Shown here: piece by piece, positions 41,741 to 55,364 of the stretch | Layout of the letters: every line of letters begins with the position of its first letter | Numbering within the stretch: position 1 is the first letter of the stretch | The notes under the pieces: generated by a model | What the model saw: the letters and a program-made list of their open reading frames with translations, nothing else | What the model was told of the DNA's origin: nothing | Databases searched by the model: none | Assembly (NCBI RefSeq): GCF_009914755.1 | Contig: NC_060942.1 | Direction: 5' to 3' (one strand) | Source of the DNA: the human T2T-CHM13v2.0 reference genome, Homo sapiens | DNA length: 64,000 nucleotides | Made by a program: the position numbers and the translations under genes

Positions 41741-42957
41741 TTTCTTCTCTTCTTCACCACTTAATATTATCACTCATATGATCACCTGCTTAAAACGTTT
41801 TTGGTGTAATTATGTTTGAAAATGGTGGCTTAGTTTACCTTCAGTTCATGAATTCTGAGTTCTACCTTCTCCTCCTTTTAGTTTAAAAATATTCAGCAAA
41901 TAAATCTTTAAATGATTTATAGCATCTTTTATTTAAGAAGTACAAAGTACTGTACAAACAACTGAGTGGATGGGGGAGATGGAGAGGGTAAATTGACCTA
42001 CCCCAAACCACACAGCAAATCCAGGAACAGATTATGCAATGCCTGACTCCCAACCCAATACCTGAACTCAAATACCAACACACCTTTCCGGACCAGTCTC
42101 ATTATCATTTATTTAACATCCTCTTGCAGATGGGATCCAACAAATCTATCAGCCAAAAACCTTTTACAGTCCCACAAATGCTCACAAGCCTTCCCCACCT
42201 TAACCAGTGTCAAAATGCTGCAGAGGTGAAGGAAGGGAGCACCACCTACCTGGGAACCCCAGGCTTACTTTGATTGTGTCCCTCCCTTTCTCAGAATACT
42301 TCGGTGGGCCCCAGTTGCTTTCCAATCAGATTTAAATTTCTCATTGTGAGCTTTAAATTCCACCCATCTCTTGTATCTAATTGCCCTCATCTCTCACTTC
42401 ATTCATTTCTACCTTGTCTTGTGGTATTCACCCCCCTGCCCAGAAAACCTACCACGGCCCAGCTGAACAAATCCCAGGCATTCCTGCGGAATCTCAAAGT
42501 CCATTAAAAGAAGAAAAATGCCCTGAACAAGAGGGATAATGGCCTTAACCATACTCTCTTCTGGTCCGACCACGCTTGGGAAATTATGTCCCATTCCAGG
42601 AAGGACATTCTAAGAGGGGTTTGGAAAACAGGTGGCCATTCAGAGAAGAGGCTCCAGTTTGGTGAGGGGATAAATAGTTCTGTGAACTTGCAACATGATA
42701 GCATCTTTCAGATATTTGAATGACTCCAGTTGACCTAATATCAACACAATGCACTGATATTTCGGGAAACAAATTACTGCTCCATTCAAGAGGAAAACTT
42801 CACTACTACTTAACCTGTCTAAAAATGGCATATACTGTTTTGGGAAGTTTGTGATATAGGTGTAATTAAGTTTGCAAAGGATATTGTAGTGGCAATACCT
42901 ATTTCCAACACACAGTAGAATTAGGTGACTATAAAATATAACTAAGTAGTTAAGAGC

Positions 42958-43270
42958 AGCCAGGCACAGTGGCTCACGCCCGTAATCCCACCACTTTGGG
43001 AGGTTGAGGCGGGCGTATCACTTGAGCTCAGGGGTTCGAGACCAGCTGGGCAACATGATGAAACCCTGTCTCTACAAAAAAAAAAAATACAAAAATTAGC
43101 TGGGCATGATGGTAGGCACCTGTAGTACTAGCTACTCAGGAGGCTGAGGTGGAAGGGTCACCTGAACCCAGAAGGTCGAGGGTGCAGTGAGCTGCGATCA
43201 TGCCACTGCACTCCAGGCTGGGTGACAGAGTGAGACCCTGTCTCAAAAAATAAAAATAAAAAATATTTTT
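42958..43270 (+). mobile_element. AluJb-like inserted in a MIR, ~15-bp TSD
   Basis: cttgagctcagg...; TSD aagtagttaagagca at 42944-42958 and 43272-43286; MIR continues to ~43490. Confidence 0.93.
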
Positions 43271-43344
43271 AAAGTAGTTAAGAGCACAGTCTTTTGATCT
43301 TAAATTGTCTGGGCTTAAATTCTACTCTACCAAATACAAATATA

Positions 43345-43397
43345 TTTGCCATTGAAAGTAAATGGCAAAAACTGCAACTACTTTTACACCAACCTAA
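43345..43397. mobile_element. MADE1 (Hsmar1 MITE), left arm mostly missing
   Basis: tttgccattgaaagtaaatggcaaaaactgcaactacttttacaccaacctaa followed by TA. Confidence 0.9.
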
Positions 43398-45777
43398 TAC
43401 CAACCTCATAGTGTTACAGTGAGGGATTAAATGAACAAATACATGTAAAGGACTTAGAAAGAAGTTGACATGTATAAGCATTACATGAGTGTTTGTTTTT
43501 AGTATTTTACAATTTTTATCATTTGGGGACTATAGGAATAACTATTACATGTCCTTTATAGGCATCAAAGCTCCTATATTTTTCTACAAAACACAGAACA
43601 ACAGCATGCAGTTTGTTTTTGGTTTTTTTGTTTGTTTGCTTTTTACAAATACAGTATCTCCTTCTCCCCACTGAGGCCATGAACAAGGAAGATTGAAGGG
43701 GACCCAACACAGGAGACTCTCAGAGCAGCCTTGGCTCCTAGAATGTACAAAGAGAGGGAAGGGAGAGTTCCTGACCCTTTTCTTATCATGGCTTCCAGTT
43801 GCAAGTGACATTTCAGAGAAGCACCTTCCAGAAATACATATCAGCAAAAACAAATCACAAAGGAAAGACATCAGATTTAGTTCCGAACCACACCCAGCAC
43901 ATGAATGGCACCCAAAAGCTTTAAATACAACCATGATGACAATCAAGATTGACCCTAGGACCAGCAGCTGAAAGAAATTAGACTGAACTTTAAAGAAATC
44001 AGACCGTAGATAAAAAAGAATTTCAATAAAATTATTAAACATTATCCACCAATACTGCTGTCAGCCACCCATATGTAGTCCACTGAGTTATCTTTCAGTT
44101 ATTTGATTTCTCTTAGACCCAGGACACTACTAGCCTTGGTGAATCCTTGAATCAGTTTCAGAAGCTATAGGTTCTTTTCAGTTTACTCCAATCTAAGCTG
44201 TGTCTGGCATGCCACATAAAGTTTTAGGTACTTTAATGAAAAAAGCACACTTCCTTCAATGCTGGGATCTTTCCTCCAACCCTCTAGCAACATTTCTACC
44301 CCTGTAAATAGACAGGATTCTCCTTTCTGGCTTTGTCGAGCTAACATTGTTTTTGCCTGTGGTGTAATGGTTTCTGCCTCTTTTGTTTATATTTATTTGT
44401 GTTTGTCCTGTCTCCTTCATTACACTTTAAGCCTCTACCTATAAGCATTGACTTCTTTTGTAACTCACCCCAGTACACAAGATATACATGACTGACTGAC
44501 TGACATATTAATGAATAATGTTTGATAATTTTATTGAAATGCCTTTTACCCATGGTCTGATTTCTTTAGGGTTTAGCCTAATTTCTTTCAGCTCCTGGTC
44601 TGCAGACCCATGTTGATTTGCATTATGGCTGTATTAATGCTTTTGAATGCTATCCATGTGCTAGGTGCTATTTAGAACTAAATAAAATGTCTTGCCCTAG
44701 TGATTTGTTTTCTTTCAACTTGGCAGATTTGTGACCCCTGTGTTTCTAGGAGCTGAAATTGTCAAGACTCTTTTAATGCACCTCTTTGTTCGGGCAATAG
44801 CACGCCTGGTGGCTTTGAGAATAGCTGTCGTTTTGAGAATAGCATTTGTAGACACAACTGCTGCTGAAAAGGGAAACTCTATACATGGACTATTTCACTG
44901 GGAACAAGACAGCAAAAAGAGCGACTATTGTTCTCCACTAAAAGAAATAAACGAAGCTTAGTGTATTAATTTGATCCTGAACATGATGCAGCATTTTGCT
45001 GTAAATCTGGACACGATTGTATCTATATTGTCCACTTTAGTGCAGTTCTGATCCCAATCAGCGTTTGTGATCACCCCCCAAGGCACCCAGTATAGAAAAG
45101 ATCTGGCCCCTGCTTCAGTGACCTTCCAAGATGGCTTTGAGTAAACAGCGCTAGCCACAGCGTGAAACTCCTCGGGTCCTTGTTACACTCCCGAGTGCCA
45201 TAAGCTCAGGCAGTCTCGATACTGTAAAAACCACAGACAGCTACAATCCCAAAGAACCACAGGCTTAGGATACTTCTTTGATTCTTGGATTTGTGCCACT
45301 ACAGTTTAGCAAGAGTTGGAGACCAAGAGAGCACATTTGTCCCTCTCCTGTCGGTGAAATACTGCTCCTCAGTGCATTTGTTCATGGCTATGTTCTACCC
45401 ACGGAGGGATCGAGCATTAGGCATTTGCCATTTGTGCGACACTGAATCTTCCAGCTCCACAGAATGTGCAAAATCCCTCCTCATATGACACATTAAAAAT
45501 TGAAATTCAGCTGCCTCTCTTTCTAGAACATGTATGTGTCTAATACACAGTTCTTGAGTAGTCCATTCTAAAAACTGACCATAGGCTAGGGAAAAATGCA
45601 CGCCTTACCCTTAAAAATAGAATGTATGATACATTAGAACCTCAAGCTCACCCTATGATATCAAGCCACTTGCCCTTCTCCTGGAGAAAATGTCCTGGTC
45701 AAGGAATATCACTCCAGATTCCAAAATAACTAAAAAGTTATCACTTAGAAAATCAAATGTAGACAGTTTCAAAGAAG

Positions 45778-45804
45778 CAGCAGCAGCAGCAGCAGCAACA
45801 ACAA
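45778..45804. repeat. (CAG)6(CAA)3 trinucleotide repeat, non-coding context
   Basis: Direct reading. Confidence 0.9.
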
Positions 45805-46769
45805 AATGTTCTAAAGGAAGCAATATTTTAAGAACAGATACATTTTAAAAAGATAAATTCCAAAAACAAGATTTGTAAGCCTCCTAAAAATTCATTCCAA
45901 AGGAAATAAGAAGAAAAGGGGGGAATTTTATCACTAAAAAGAAAAAAAAAGGAAACTGAAAAACAAAACGAAAATGAAGGAAGGGAACAGATAAACCAGG
46001 AAATCTACCAAGGATAAAAATTCAGAAAATCTTTACATCTTTGCAAATTTGATAAGCAAAAATGTCTTGCATTATTTTAACTTGTATTTATTTACCAGTG
46101 AAATCAAACATTTTCCCATATATTTTCTAACCCATCTATTTTGTCTATTGCAAATTGTTAATTATTAACTGTTAATTGTAAATTATTAATGATTAACGCT
46201 CACCTATCTATTTCTTATCAATTTCTCTGAGCTCTGTATACAGTAAAGATTGTTATATGTACTGTACCTGGGAAATTTCCACTAATGGCACAGTTATAAG
46301 CCAAATACATATATAATTATATATGCAAATTATGTTATTTATTTATAAATGTATATGTGGTAACTTGGTTCTGATCTATTTTGCATACTCATCATAAATT
46401 AAGAATAAATGTTCTGGAAGCTAGGATTTCAGAGGTCAACCACATAAGGTTGTAGAAATACATAGAAAATGTGTACCTGGCAGCAAGTTGGAGCAGAAGT
46501 CAGCATGTGGGGATTAATAAATATCCTCAGTACACTGAAAAATTGTGGGACAACAAAATACAGTTAGTTAGAGCAAGTGCAGTATCGATAAAAGCCACCA
46601 ACAACTTGGACATGAGAGTGATTCTCAATGTTCAAACATAGCAAAAGAGTCTGAGAACCACAGTGACTGACAACTTCATCCTGGATTTTCATTTAGTATA
46701 AAAGTAAACATTGAAGACAGGAGCCCTTCAATATCCTTATCATAGGCAGTGCTGAGTCACATTATTAAA

Positions 46770-46980
46770 TCCTATTTCATTCATTCTGTTATTTATTTTA
46801 CCCTGCTGTGGTTCACACTCTGGGCTAGGTGCTGGATATATATTGATTCAAAAGATAGGCAAAGTCTCTGTCCTGGTGGAGCTTACCATCTAGTGCCAGT
46901 GAGACCTGTAATAAACAATAATCAATGCATAATACAAATGGTGATAAGTGATAGCAGAGTAGTGATAAAAATAACACAAC
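46770..46980 (-). mobile_element. L2 3' fossil
   Basis: cattcattc...ctaggtgctggatatata...tctgtcctggtggagcttaccatctagtg. Confidence 0.65.
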
Positions 46981-49449
46981 CACACGCATACACACACTCA
47001 CGTGTACATGTAACAGCAAAAGATTTGAAAAATAAGTGTAGAATGGCTAAGGAAGGAATATTTTTTTACCTAGAGGAGAAGTAGGTGAGAAAAGAACTAA
47101 AACTTCTCCTGCAGAATTCAGAGAGTTATATTTTTCCATTGAAGACATCAAAGATAAAATGAGAGAAAAACAGTAGATTCAGAAATATATCAGTTATGTA
47201 TTTTGTAAAAACAACAGTACCTTCGAAAACGAGGAAGGTTAAACTATCTCTCCTCTGATAGTATTTTAGAGGGGAGATTCTTTTTTATGTGGGATTACTT
47301 CCCCAAATGTTAAGAGAAGGACGATTTTTAAATGTCTGCCAGCCCAGGGTCGGCTTTCCGTGAGTTCCTCCCAGCTTTTCCTTCTTTTCCTTTGTTCCTT
47401 TGAGGAGCTCCTTTTTCCCTTAACAGGAATAAACTTGTTCCACCATCATGTGGTGAGGGGGCTTTTATTCTGACCTCTCCCAGCCTCAGAATATTGATTC
47501 CAATGTTCCCTGCTTGTATCCTAATCAAATATCTTGCTTTACTAATTTCTCAAAAATTCTTGTAACTTGGAATTCTAAAAAGACAACCAATATTAACCGA
47601 AAAATAATAAAACCACACTGTGGAATAAATAATAGCTGAAGCATATATATTTATCACCTAATGCTTATCTTACGTATGTATATTATTAGATCTGGCTGTG
47701 TCGATATAGAATTTGGGGACTTCCACACCTCACCACGGTATTCAAAGATAACACATGGAGACATCCCCAGGAAGTACATTTGTGTGCAGTGGCAGAGACA
47801 TGGAAGGAGAAAAGGGCCACACTTGCTAGTCCCACTTTAAAGATGAGAACACTGAAGTTATAAGATGGCTCAGCTGAATATTCTGAGGCTGTCCAAAGGG
47901 AGGAACAGATTTCAGATGTAATTCTCAGAGCTCCAGCCTCTAAACAAAGTCGGTGAACAAATACCCATTTCCAGTTGGCATGGAGAGTCTCCAGGGTTAG
48001 AAATCTGCTTTAAAAAATTGAAAGCAAAAATCCTTTGAAAATATAGTTTCAGCACACTAATTAACGTCTTCCAATGTCCCTCCATTTCAGCCGCCCCGAG
48101 AGCCTGAGATTGTTAGTGCCACTTAGCTTTGCTTGGCAATACTCACCCCTACGAATGGGGACCCTGGTGGTCTTTCTGACAAGCCAAGCCATAGACGTGT
48201 GTCTGCTGACATGAAAAGGACCTTTCTGTGAAATGTGTTGAAGCTTAGTGTTTTATTAAATTGTCCTGAACATTCTTTCTCTGTCCATCTCTTCTTTCCT
48301 AGTCACATCCATTTTTTTTTTAAGTCAAGGCCGCCTTCCAGAGCTGCTCCCAGTCACAGATTTTATAATTTTAATGAGTTCTCTACTGTAATTTAAAAGA
48401 TAACTCACTCCTATTTCCAGCATTTAATGTATTTTCTTTTTTTTTTCCTGAAAGCAATATACGTGTGTAATTAATAAACAATTTAGTATGTTGAGGAACC
48501 TAGGAACTTGGCAAATGTTCTGGGGATATGAAATCTCAAGAAAAGCAGCACATTATAAGGAATAGTAAGTAATTACTTATGTAAGCTTTCTTTTTAAATT
48601 CTAAGAACATTAACTACTAATTACCTACTAATTACCAGTACTTCAGCAGGTGTTTGCACTTAACTGTAGGCTAAACCCCCTGTGAAAAACAAACCCCTCA
48701 CAGCCTCTCTCAAGATCAAAGCTGAATCCCACCGGACCTTGCCACACACTGTGGTTATGGCCAAACCCATCACAAGCCAATGTCTTCACCACGTGGCTGC
48801 TTAAGGTGAAAAAGTAAATATGTGTTCTCCTTTCTCTTTTTCCCCCAAACACTGTCATTATCAAGGAGTGAGGACTGGCTTGAATGGCAGCTTTAAGGTA
48901 TCTGGGGTTACAGTCAAACTATGATGAAGAGGCCGTCATCAGAAATGCATCCGTCTCACTTCCATGGGCTTCAGCAACCCTCTTTGTCTGATGGGGCTGG
49001 AGCACTGTCTACTCACCTCCTGACACTTCCCTCCCTGGAATTTGCAATGAGCATGTGATTATTTCACTGCTTTCCATTCTCCTTATCAAGCTATGAAAAT
49101 GATCTTTAAGATCCCCTCCAGCTGGGAAAGGGTGTCATCCCCCTGATCCTCCGCTTTTCAAACTTTCAGGAACTAAAGCTCTGTAATATTCACTAAAGAT
49201 CCAAGATTGTTCCACATTTCATAGGTCTTCTACCTGTAGAATGTCCTTTCTCACAGCCATAAACAGGTCACTGTGTATCTCACAAGGGCTAATAGCTTCT
49301 CCTTCAAGACACGACAGTCATGCTCATATTGCCCCATGCTGACACCGAGAAGCAATGCCTGATAGCACAATCTCACCTAAAATTTACCGTAGTATTCATT
49401 TCTGCCCAGGACTATGCTCTACTGCAGTCCATGTCTCTCATTTTAGTCC

Positions 49450-49880
49450 CTCTGTTAGTTTCCTGGGCCTGCCATAACAAATTTCCACAAGCATGCTAAC
49501 TTAAAACAACAAAAATTTATCTTCTTGCAGTTCTGGAAGCCGGAAGTATTAAATTGAGGTGTTGGCCAGGCTGCATTCCCTCCATTGGCTATCAGACAGA
49601 TTCCAGTCCTTTCCACTCCCAGCTTTGAGTGGCTCCAAGTGTTCCTTGGCTTGTCGTCACATCACTCCAATCTCTGCTTCCATGGTCACATTACCTCTCT
49701 CCTGTCTGTCAAATCTCCCCTGTGTGTCTCTTAAGACACTTGCCATTAGATTTAGGGTCCACCCAGACAATCCAGGGTTATCTGGAGATCCTTAATTACA
49801 TCTGCAAAGATGCTTTTCCAAATATGATCACATTTACAGGTTCTGGGGATTCAGAGGTGGGCCTATTTATTACAGTGCCG
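49450..49880 (-). mobile_element. MLT1C-like solo LTR
   Basis: gttagtttcctgggcctgccataacaaa...cttaaaacaacaaaaatttat...cagttctggaagcc...ccttaattacatctgcaaagat. Confidence 0.88.
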
Positions 49881-51849
49881 CCATTAAATCCAGTGTAGTC
49901 CTGTAAATGTTCTCTCATCTACTAATTTATTTATTCAACACATGTTATTGAGCCCTAGAATATTTCAGGCATTATTTTAGGTGGATTTGAATTCATAAGA
50001 CAAAGTTCCCACCTTTATAGAATGTATCATTCACACACACACACCCCTATTTATTTTGTCCATCCATTTCAGTTATACGCATTTCCTTAGAATCTGTGAT
50101 ATACCATTGATATTCAAAACACACATAACTCTTACAAAAATTGTTCACTCATATCTTGTGTGCAGAGTGGGGAAATAAGGAAATAAGGAATATGCCTGAA
50201 AAGTTCTTTTCAAGTTTTCAGAAGAACAAGAGAGAAAAAGGCATAAATGTGCAAATTTTACAAATTCATTTTACAATGTAATTGAAATGCCAAAAAATTG
50301 AGGAATTCCAGGTTGATGAAGAAACGGATATTAGTGCAATGAAGAACAGCTCCGTCTCTGTCAGCTGGTCATTTTTTATATGTCAGAGACTGTCAATTTC
50401 TATTGCGTTTCAACTAATTACCTCAGTTTGTTAAAACTGAATATGAATTCACATATTTGACATTCCCAGGCTTCATGTGTTCCTGCTTATCAAGAGCTAT
50501 CGCCTAATGATATGTCCCACCACTCTGGGGTTTCTCAGGTGAGGAAATGAAGTGGCCAACACAGATGGGTGTCAAGAGAAATGGGACAGCCATCATCAAT
50601 GGTGATTGTCTGCTGGCAGTGCAGTTGTGTACAACCACTGCCTGAGTTGAGTCAGAGCTGAGGCACACCAAGCCCTGCAGCCCTTAGTGAGGATCTCGGC
50701 ACTGCAATGGCCAGGAAGAGGTGGGGAGGCAGATAGGCTGGGCACAAATGAAAACCACGCCTCTGATAGAGAGCTACTTTCCAATCAGAGGTATCCTGAC
50801 CAGAGAGAATCAAAGGAAGGGACCATAAATAAATTATGCATTGCAGGTCTGAAGACTATCTCAACTTCAAATGATACACTTAAGTTTTAAAAGTTTCTTG
50901 CATCTGGTGGGGAAGGGGGCTGTTTCTTGATGGTGATGGTGTTTTGTGTAGTGCGTTGGGAGAGAGTGGTTGGAGGTTGTTCCTTTGTTTTTAACATGGG
51001 GCCATCTTGGAGTGCTCTCACGGGTAAGATGGGCAGAATTGTTTTACATGAAACCTAGTCAGCTTCCTATGAAAAAGCAAATGATATCATTCCACAGTGG
51101 TGTCTATGTGATTACAAGTTTTAAAAGAGCCATCGTCAGAAAAGTGGATTCCAGAAACAAGTAATTAGCACTTTGATCTGCAACACAAATGCGGTAGCTG
51201 TTTGAATTTCATTTGGATTGTACGAGGAGGAGCAGAGGTGACCACTTCTCACTTTTCAAAAGGAGTATCTAGACTTTTCAACTGCAGACCTTCTGACGAT
51301 GTGCTCATTTCTTGGCCAGACAGGTGCAGTGGTATGTGGGTGATCAGAAATTCTCAGTAACACTTCTGTAAATTGCCAGAGGTGGTCAATATTCATGGAA
51401 AAAACAAAAACAAAAAACAATACCTTGGGAAGTTCTGTCAATATGGGGAGCTGCGGCAAAGAACCAAACCCCCGGTCACAGAGGAAAATGCCACTTACCC
51501 TTAGCTGTAGTGACAAATACAAGAACGTAAGACTCAGGAAAGGGAAGGGGGGTTGTTTTTTCCTTGGTTTCAGATTCAGATTGTTTGTTAAGAAAGGCAG
51601 TTACTGCATGTTTTTCCATGGTTAATCATGCTAATCCTGCTCCAATCAGAATGTGTCTACATTCAGAGCTTCAGGGGAAACGCTCACCAAGCCCCGGGTG
51701 CAGCCTGTCCTCTGATCAGAAGTGTGGGTGGCTAAGTGTTTCTCCAGAGCCCGAAAGTGCCTTTCTGGAACTTCTCCAGAGCCCCAAAGTGCCTTCCTGG
51801 ACCTATTCATTCTGACACAAGGTTCTGCTTGTCCTGAGCATTGTGTTCT

Positions 51850-52090
51850 TAACAAAATAAACTGATGTTTTAAAAATCAGGATATTTGCCCACAATAATC
51901 TGGATTTTCAGCATCTCATGGAAAACCTGAAGATCTAGCCCCACTGAGCCAAAATTCGCATAGAATCACAATCAGTGATGCTAAGTGACAGCTCCCTTAG
52001 TAAACAGGATGAGCACACTTAGCTGCTGCAGCCCTCACCTCCACATCTCTCTTATAAATGTTCCCTGTCTGGCCCGATGGACTTTGAAAG
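51850..52090 (-). mobile_element. MER102-like hAT fragment
   Basis: ttaaaaatcaggatattt...aatctggatttt...gaagatctagccccactgagcc. Confidence 0.6.
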
Positions 52091-52899
52091 GCATGAAGTC
52101 TGCATAGAGTGAGTGGCCTTCAAAGATCTCACAAAGTCCCTCTCCATAGACTTCTTTTAGGATGCACCTCACCTCTGCTCTCCTTCCCAAATGTACTTAC
52201 CTTCTGCTTGGCCTTGCCCAATGCACCACAAGCTCTCCCTCCTCTGAGTACCCAGAAAACCTCCAGCCTACACCAATGCTGTTAGAAATTGACCCACCAA
52301 CATGCCATGTTTTCCAAGTAATATTTCACTTGGAATCCCAGTATACTGAACAGATCAAAGGAGAGCCACTCTGCTTATATCTGGGAGGCCAGAATCCTGC
52401 CCTCACTGCAACTGCCTTAACCACTACACACACCCCCTCAGAAGCACCTCAGTGGAACCCCCAAGATTCCCCCAAGACACTGGTTTATGTCTTTCATCAG
52501 TATCTTCTACAAGGTGTTCCATAATATTTGTTATCTTTCACATACTCTGTTCTTATAAGTAGATTATTCTTAAAGGACCACACCTAATGCTTATATTCCA
52601 CAATGCATTTTCACACATAAATATTTGACGTTAGTATTTGTTCATTTATTCTCTGCCATGTTTTGGGATAGTCATGACTCCTGAGTAAGCAAAACTGGAC
52701 ATTCTTCTCCCATCAGAACCTACTGCTAAATATCAGTGTCTGAAGATGACACTAAGATAGTTTCCCAAGCAGGAAGGGCACACAACACCTCATCTGTTTA
52801 CTTACAGGGTGGGTTCTGGATCCATCTGTCACACTGAAGTCCAGGACTTCCAAGCAGCACAAAAAGAATGACAATGGGAATTGGAAAAATAAATACACT

Positions 52900-53035
52900 A
52901 CTGTGCTGGTAGTGTTCTGTTTCCTGATCTAGTTGTTGCTTATATGGCTTGTTTGATTTGTGAAAATTCATCAAGCTCCATGAAGAATGTGTATAATTTT
53001 CTGTATATATGTTTTATTTAATAAAAAGTTAAGAC
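52900..53035 (+). mobile_element. L1ME-type extreme 3' end
   Basis: tgttctgtttcctgatct...tttgtgaaaattcatcaagct...ttttctgtatatatgttttatttaataaaaagtt. Confidence 0.7.
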
Positions 53036-53111
53036 AACAAAGAAGAAGCAATTGACTGGAAGTCTTTATTCAGTGTTTCCTGGATTGAGACACATCAGGG
53101 CAAGCACTGGG

Positions 53112-53313
53112 TTTTGTTTTTTTTTCAACTTTTATAACTTAGATTCAGGGGGCACGTGTGCAGGTTTGCTACATTAGTGTATTGCATGATGCTGAGATTT
53201 GGGGCATAATTGATCCTGTCACCCAAGCAGTGAGCATAATTCCAATAGGTAGTTTTCTAACTCTTTCCCTCTCCCTTGCTCCCACCTCTGGCAGTCCCCA
53301 ATATCTATTGTTC
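53112..53313 (-). mobile_element. L1PA15/16-like 3' end, inside an L2
   Basis: ttcaacttttat...gattcagggggcacgtgtgcaggtttg...caataggtagtttt...gtccccaatatctattgttc. Confidence 0.85.
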
Positions 53314-54143
53314 AGGGATTGGGTTTATTCACATGTATATCACTGTTGTCTACCTCAGGGTCTGGTACCTAGTAAGCGGGCAGCATGTTCTTACTGAGTA
53401 AATGAACCTGGCCTTGGCCCAGCTCAGTAATAGTGAGAATTAGATGCCTCCTTCTCCATATCTCTTTATAACCCAAGCATCCACTCAACCGGTTACCAGT
53501 AGCTGGTTCTCCTTATCCTGGTCTCCCTTCTGAGGAATAGATAGACATGATAGAGCTCCAGCTTTCACCCATCCTTTCATGGAGCTTTGTCCTGACACTG
53601 ACAAGCCTGCACCAGACACTCACTGGGATTCAAGAACACAGAGATGTACACAACTGTTCAATGGAGGAATCAGTTATAGGCATAAGTTGTTAGAGCCATA
53701 GGGTGTCTGTACTGTCGTAGCACCTATGAACAAAGCACTATGGGAACAGCTCTTAAATCCATCTAGAGAGGTCCGGGAAGTTTTCCCAGAAGATGACATG
53801 TAACTTGGGTGTGTGTTTGGGGTTGGGTGGGGGGAGGGCGTTCACCAAGTGATGATTCAGCAGTTTCTGCTTACCATTGCTTATGTGGTAAATGGTTTTC
53901 CATCCTCAAAAATGCTTCCTTCTTACTCTTCCAGAGAAAAAGAAAAATTATCTGGCTCTTCTCCAAATCTAGCTTAGAATTACACCATAATCATTTGGGA
54001 ATATTCCAGCCATTCCTAATCCCCAACTCCCGATCAGTGATCACATATGACAAAATTATTTTATACTTCATCCTTCGTGAAAAAGCATAATTTCAAACAG
54101 ATCAATATTCCACGACTTTATCAATATACACATAAATGAAAGG

Positions 54144-54754
54144 TGTATGATACAACAGAATGATGGCCTCTCAAAGATATCCACAGCCTAATACCCCAAA
54201 CCTGTGAACAGGCTGATGTTGCATGGCGTGAAATGAAGTTTGCAGATGGGATTAAGGCTAACACCTTAAGATACGGAAATAGTCCTGGATTATCTAGGTG
54301 GATCCAATTTAATCACACAAGCCTTTACAAGTGGAAGAGGAAAGTAGGAAATTCTGAGAGATATGGTGAAAGGAAGGGCAGGAGAGGTTCAAAGTGAGAG
54401 ACTTATTTCAACCCATCATGTCTGGTCTTGAAGATGGAGGAAAGAGGCCATGAACAGAGGAATATAGCCAATTTCTAGACACCAGGAATGGCCCTCCACT
54501 GACAGCCAGCAAGAAAAGAGGGACTGCAGTCCTACAACCACAAGGAACCAAATACTGTCAACAATCTGAAGGAGCAAGAGAACGGATTTCCTTGCTCCAG
54601 CAAGAAATGCAGCCTTGCAGATGCCTTCATTTTAGCCACACTGAAGACTTGTACCAGACTTCTGAACCACAGAACTGTCAGGTAATAAATGTGTGTTATG
54701 TGAAACCACTAAATCGGTGGTAATTTGTTACAGAAGCAATAGAAAATGAATATA
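54144..54754 (+). mobile_element. MLT1E-like solo LTR with 5-bp TSD
   Basis: gatggcctctcaaagatatccac...tttgcagatgggattaagg...taatttgttacagaagcaatagaaaatgaatata; TSD aaagg at 54139-43 and 54755-59. Confidence 0.88.
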
Positions 54755-54789
54755 AAAGGGAAATCTCCAAGTTGCTCCAACATTAGGTT

Positions 54790-55005
54790 GTCATAGAAGG
54801 AGTCTGTGGTTGATTCCTGCTGGCTCTGCTCTAGTGGCCTCAGTGTAACCTTGGGCAAGTCCCTTTCCCACTCTGAGCTTCAGTTTCTGCAGCTGTGAAC
54901 AGAACAATAGCACCAACCTGTAGTTGTTACATGATTAAACTACATCAGGCATGTGAAAGCCCTTAGCAAGACGCTGGGGATACGGTAGGGGCTCAACAAA
55001 TGTTT
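54790..55005 (+). mobile_element. MIR
   Basis: gtaaccttgggcaagtccctt...ctctgagcttcagtttc...atgtgaaagccc...gctcaacaaatg. Confidence 0.8.
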
Positions 55006-55057
55006 AGAAGGAAAATAAAACTACTAAAGCCTTTTGCTGATTAAAACAACTCCAACT

Positions 55058-55364
<307 letters not shown>

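Noticed and set aside
42130-42830. Possible coding exons near acceptor-like sites
   Set aside because: Frames are short or hit stops, donors are weak and no protein is recognisable.
43584-44042. 152-aa hydrophobic ORF on the - strand
   Set aside because: No recognisable domain or exon structure; chance ORF in T-rich sequence.
45778-45804. CAG/CAA run as a polyglutamine exon
   Set aside because: An in-frame stop follows within a few codons; no ORF or splice context.
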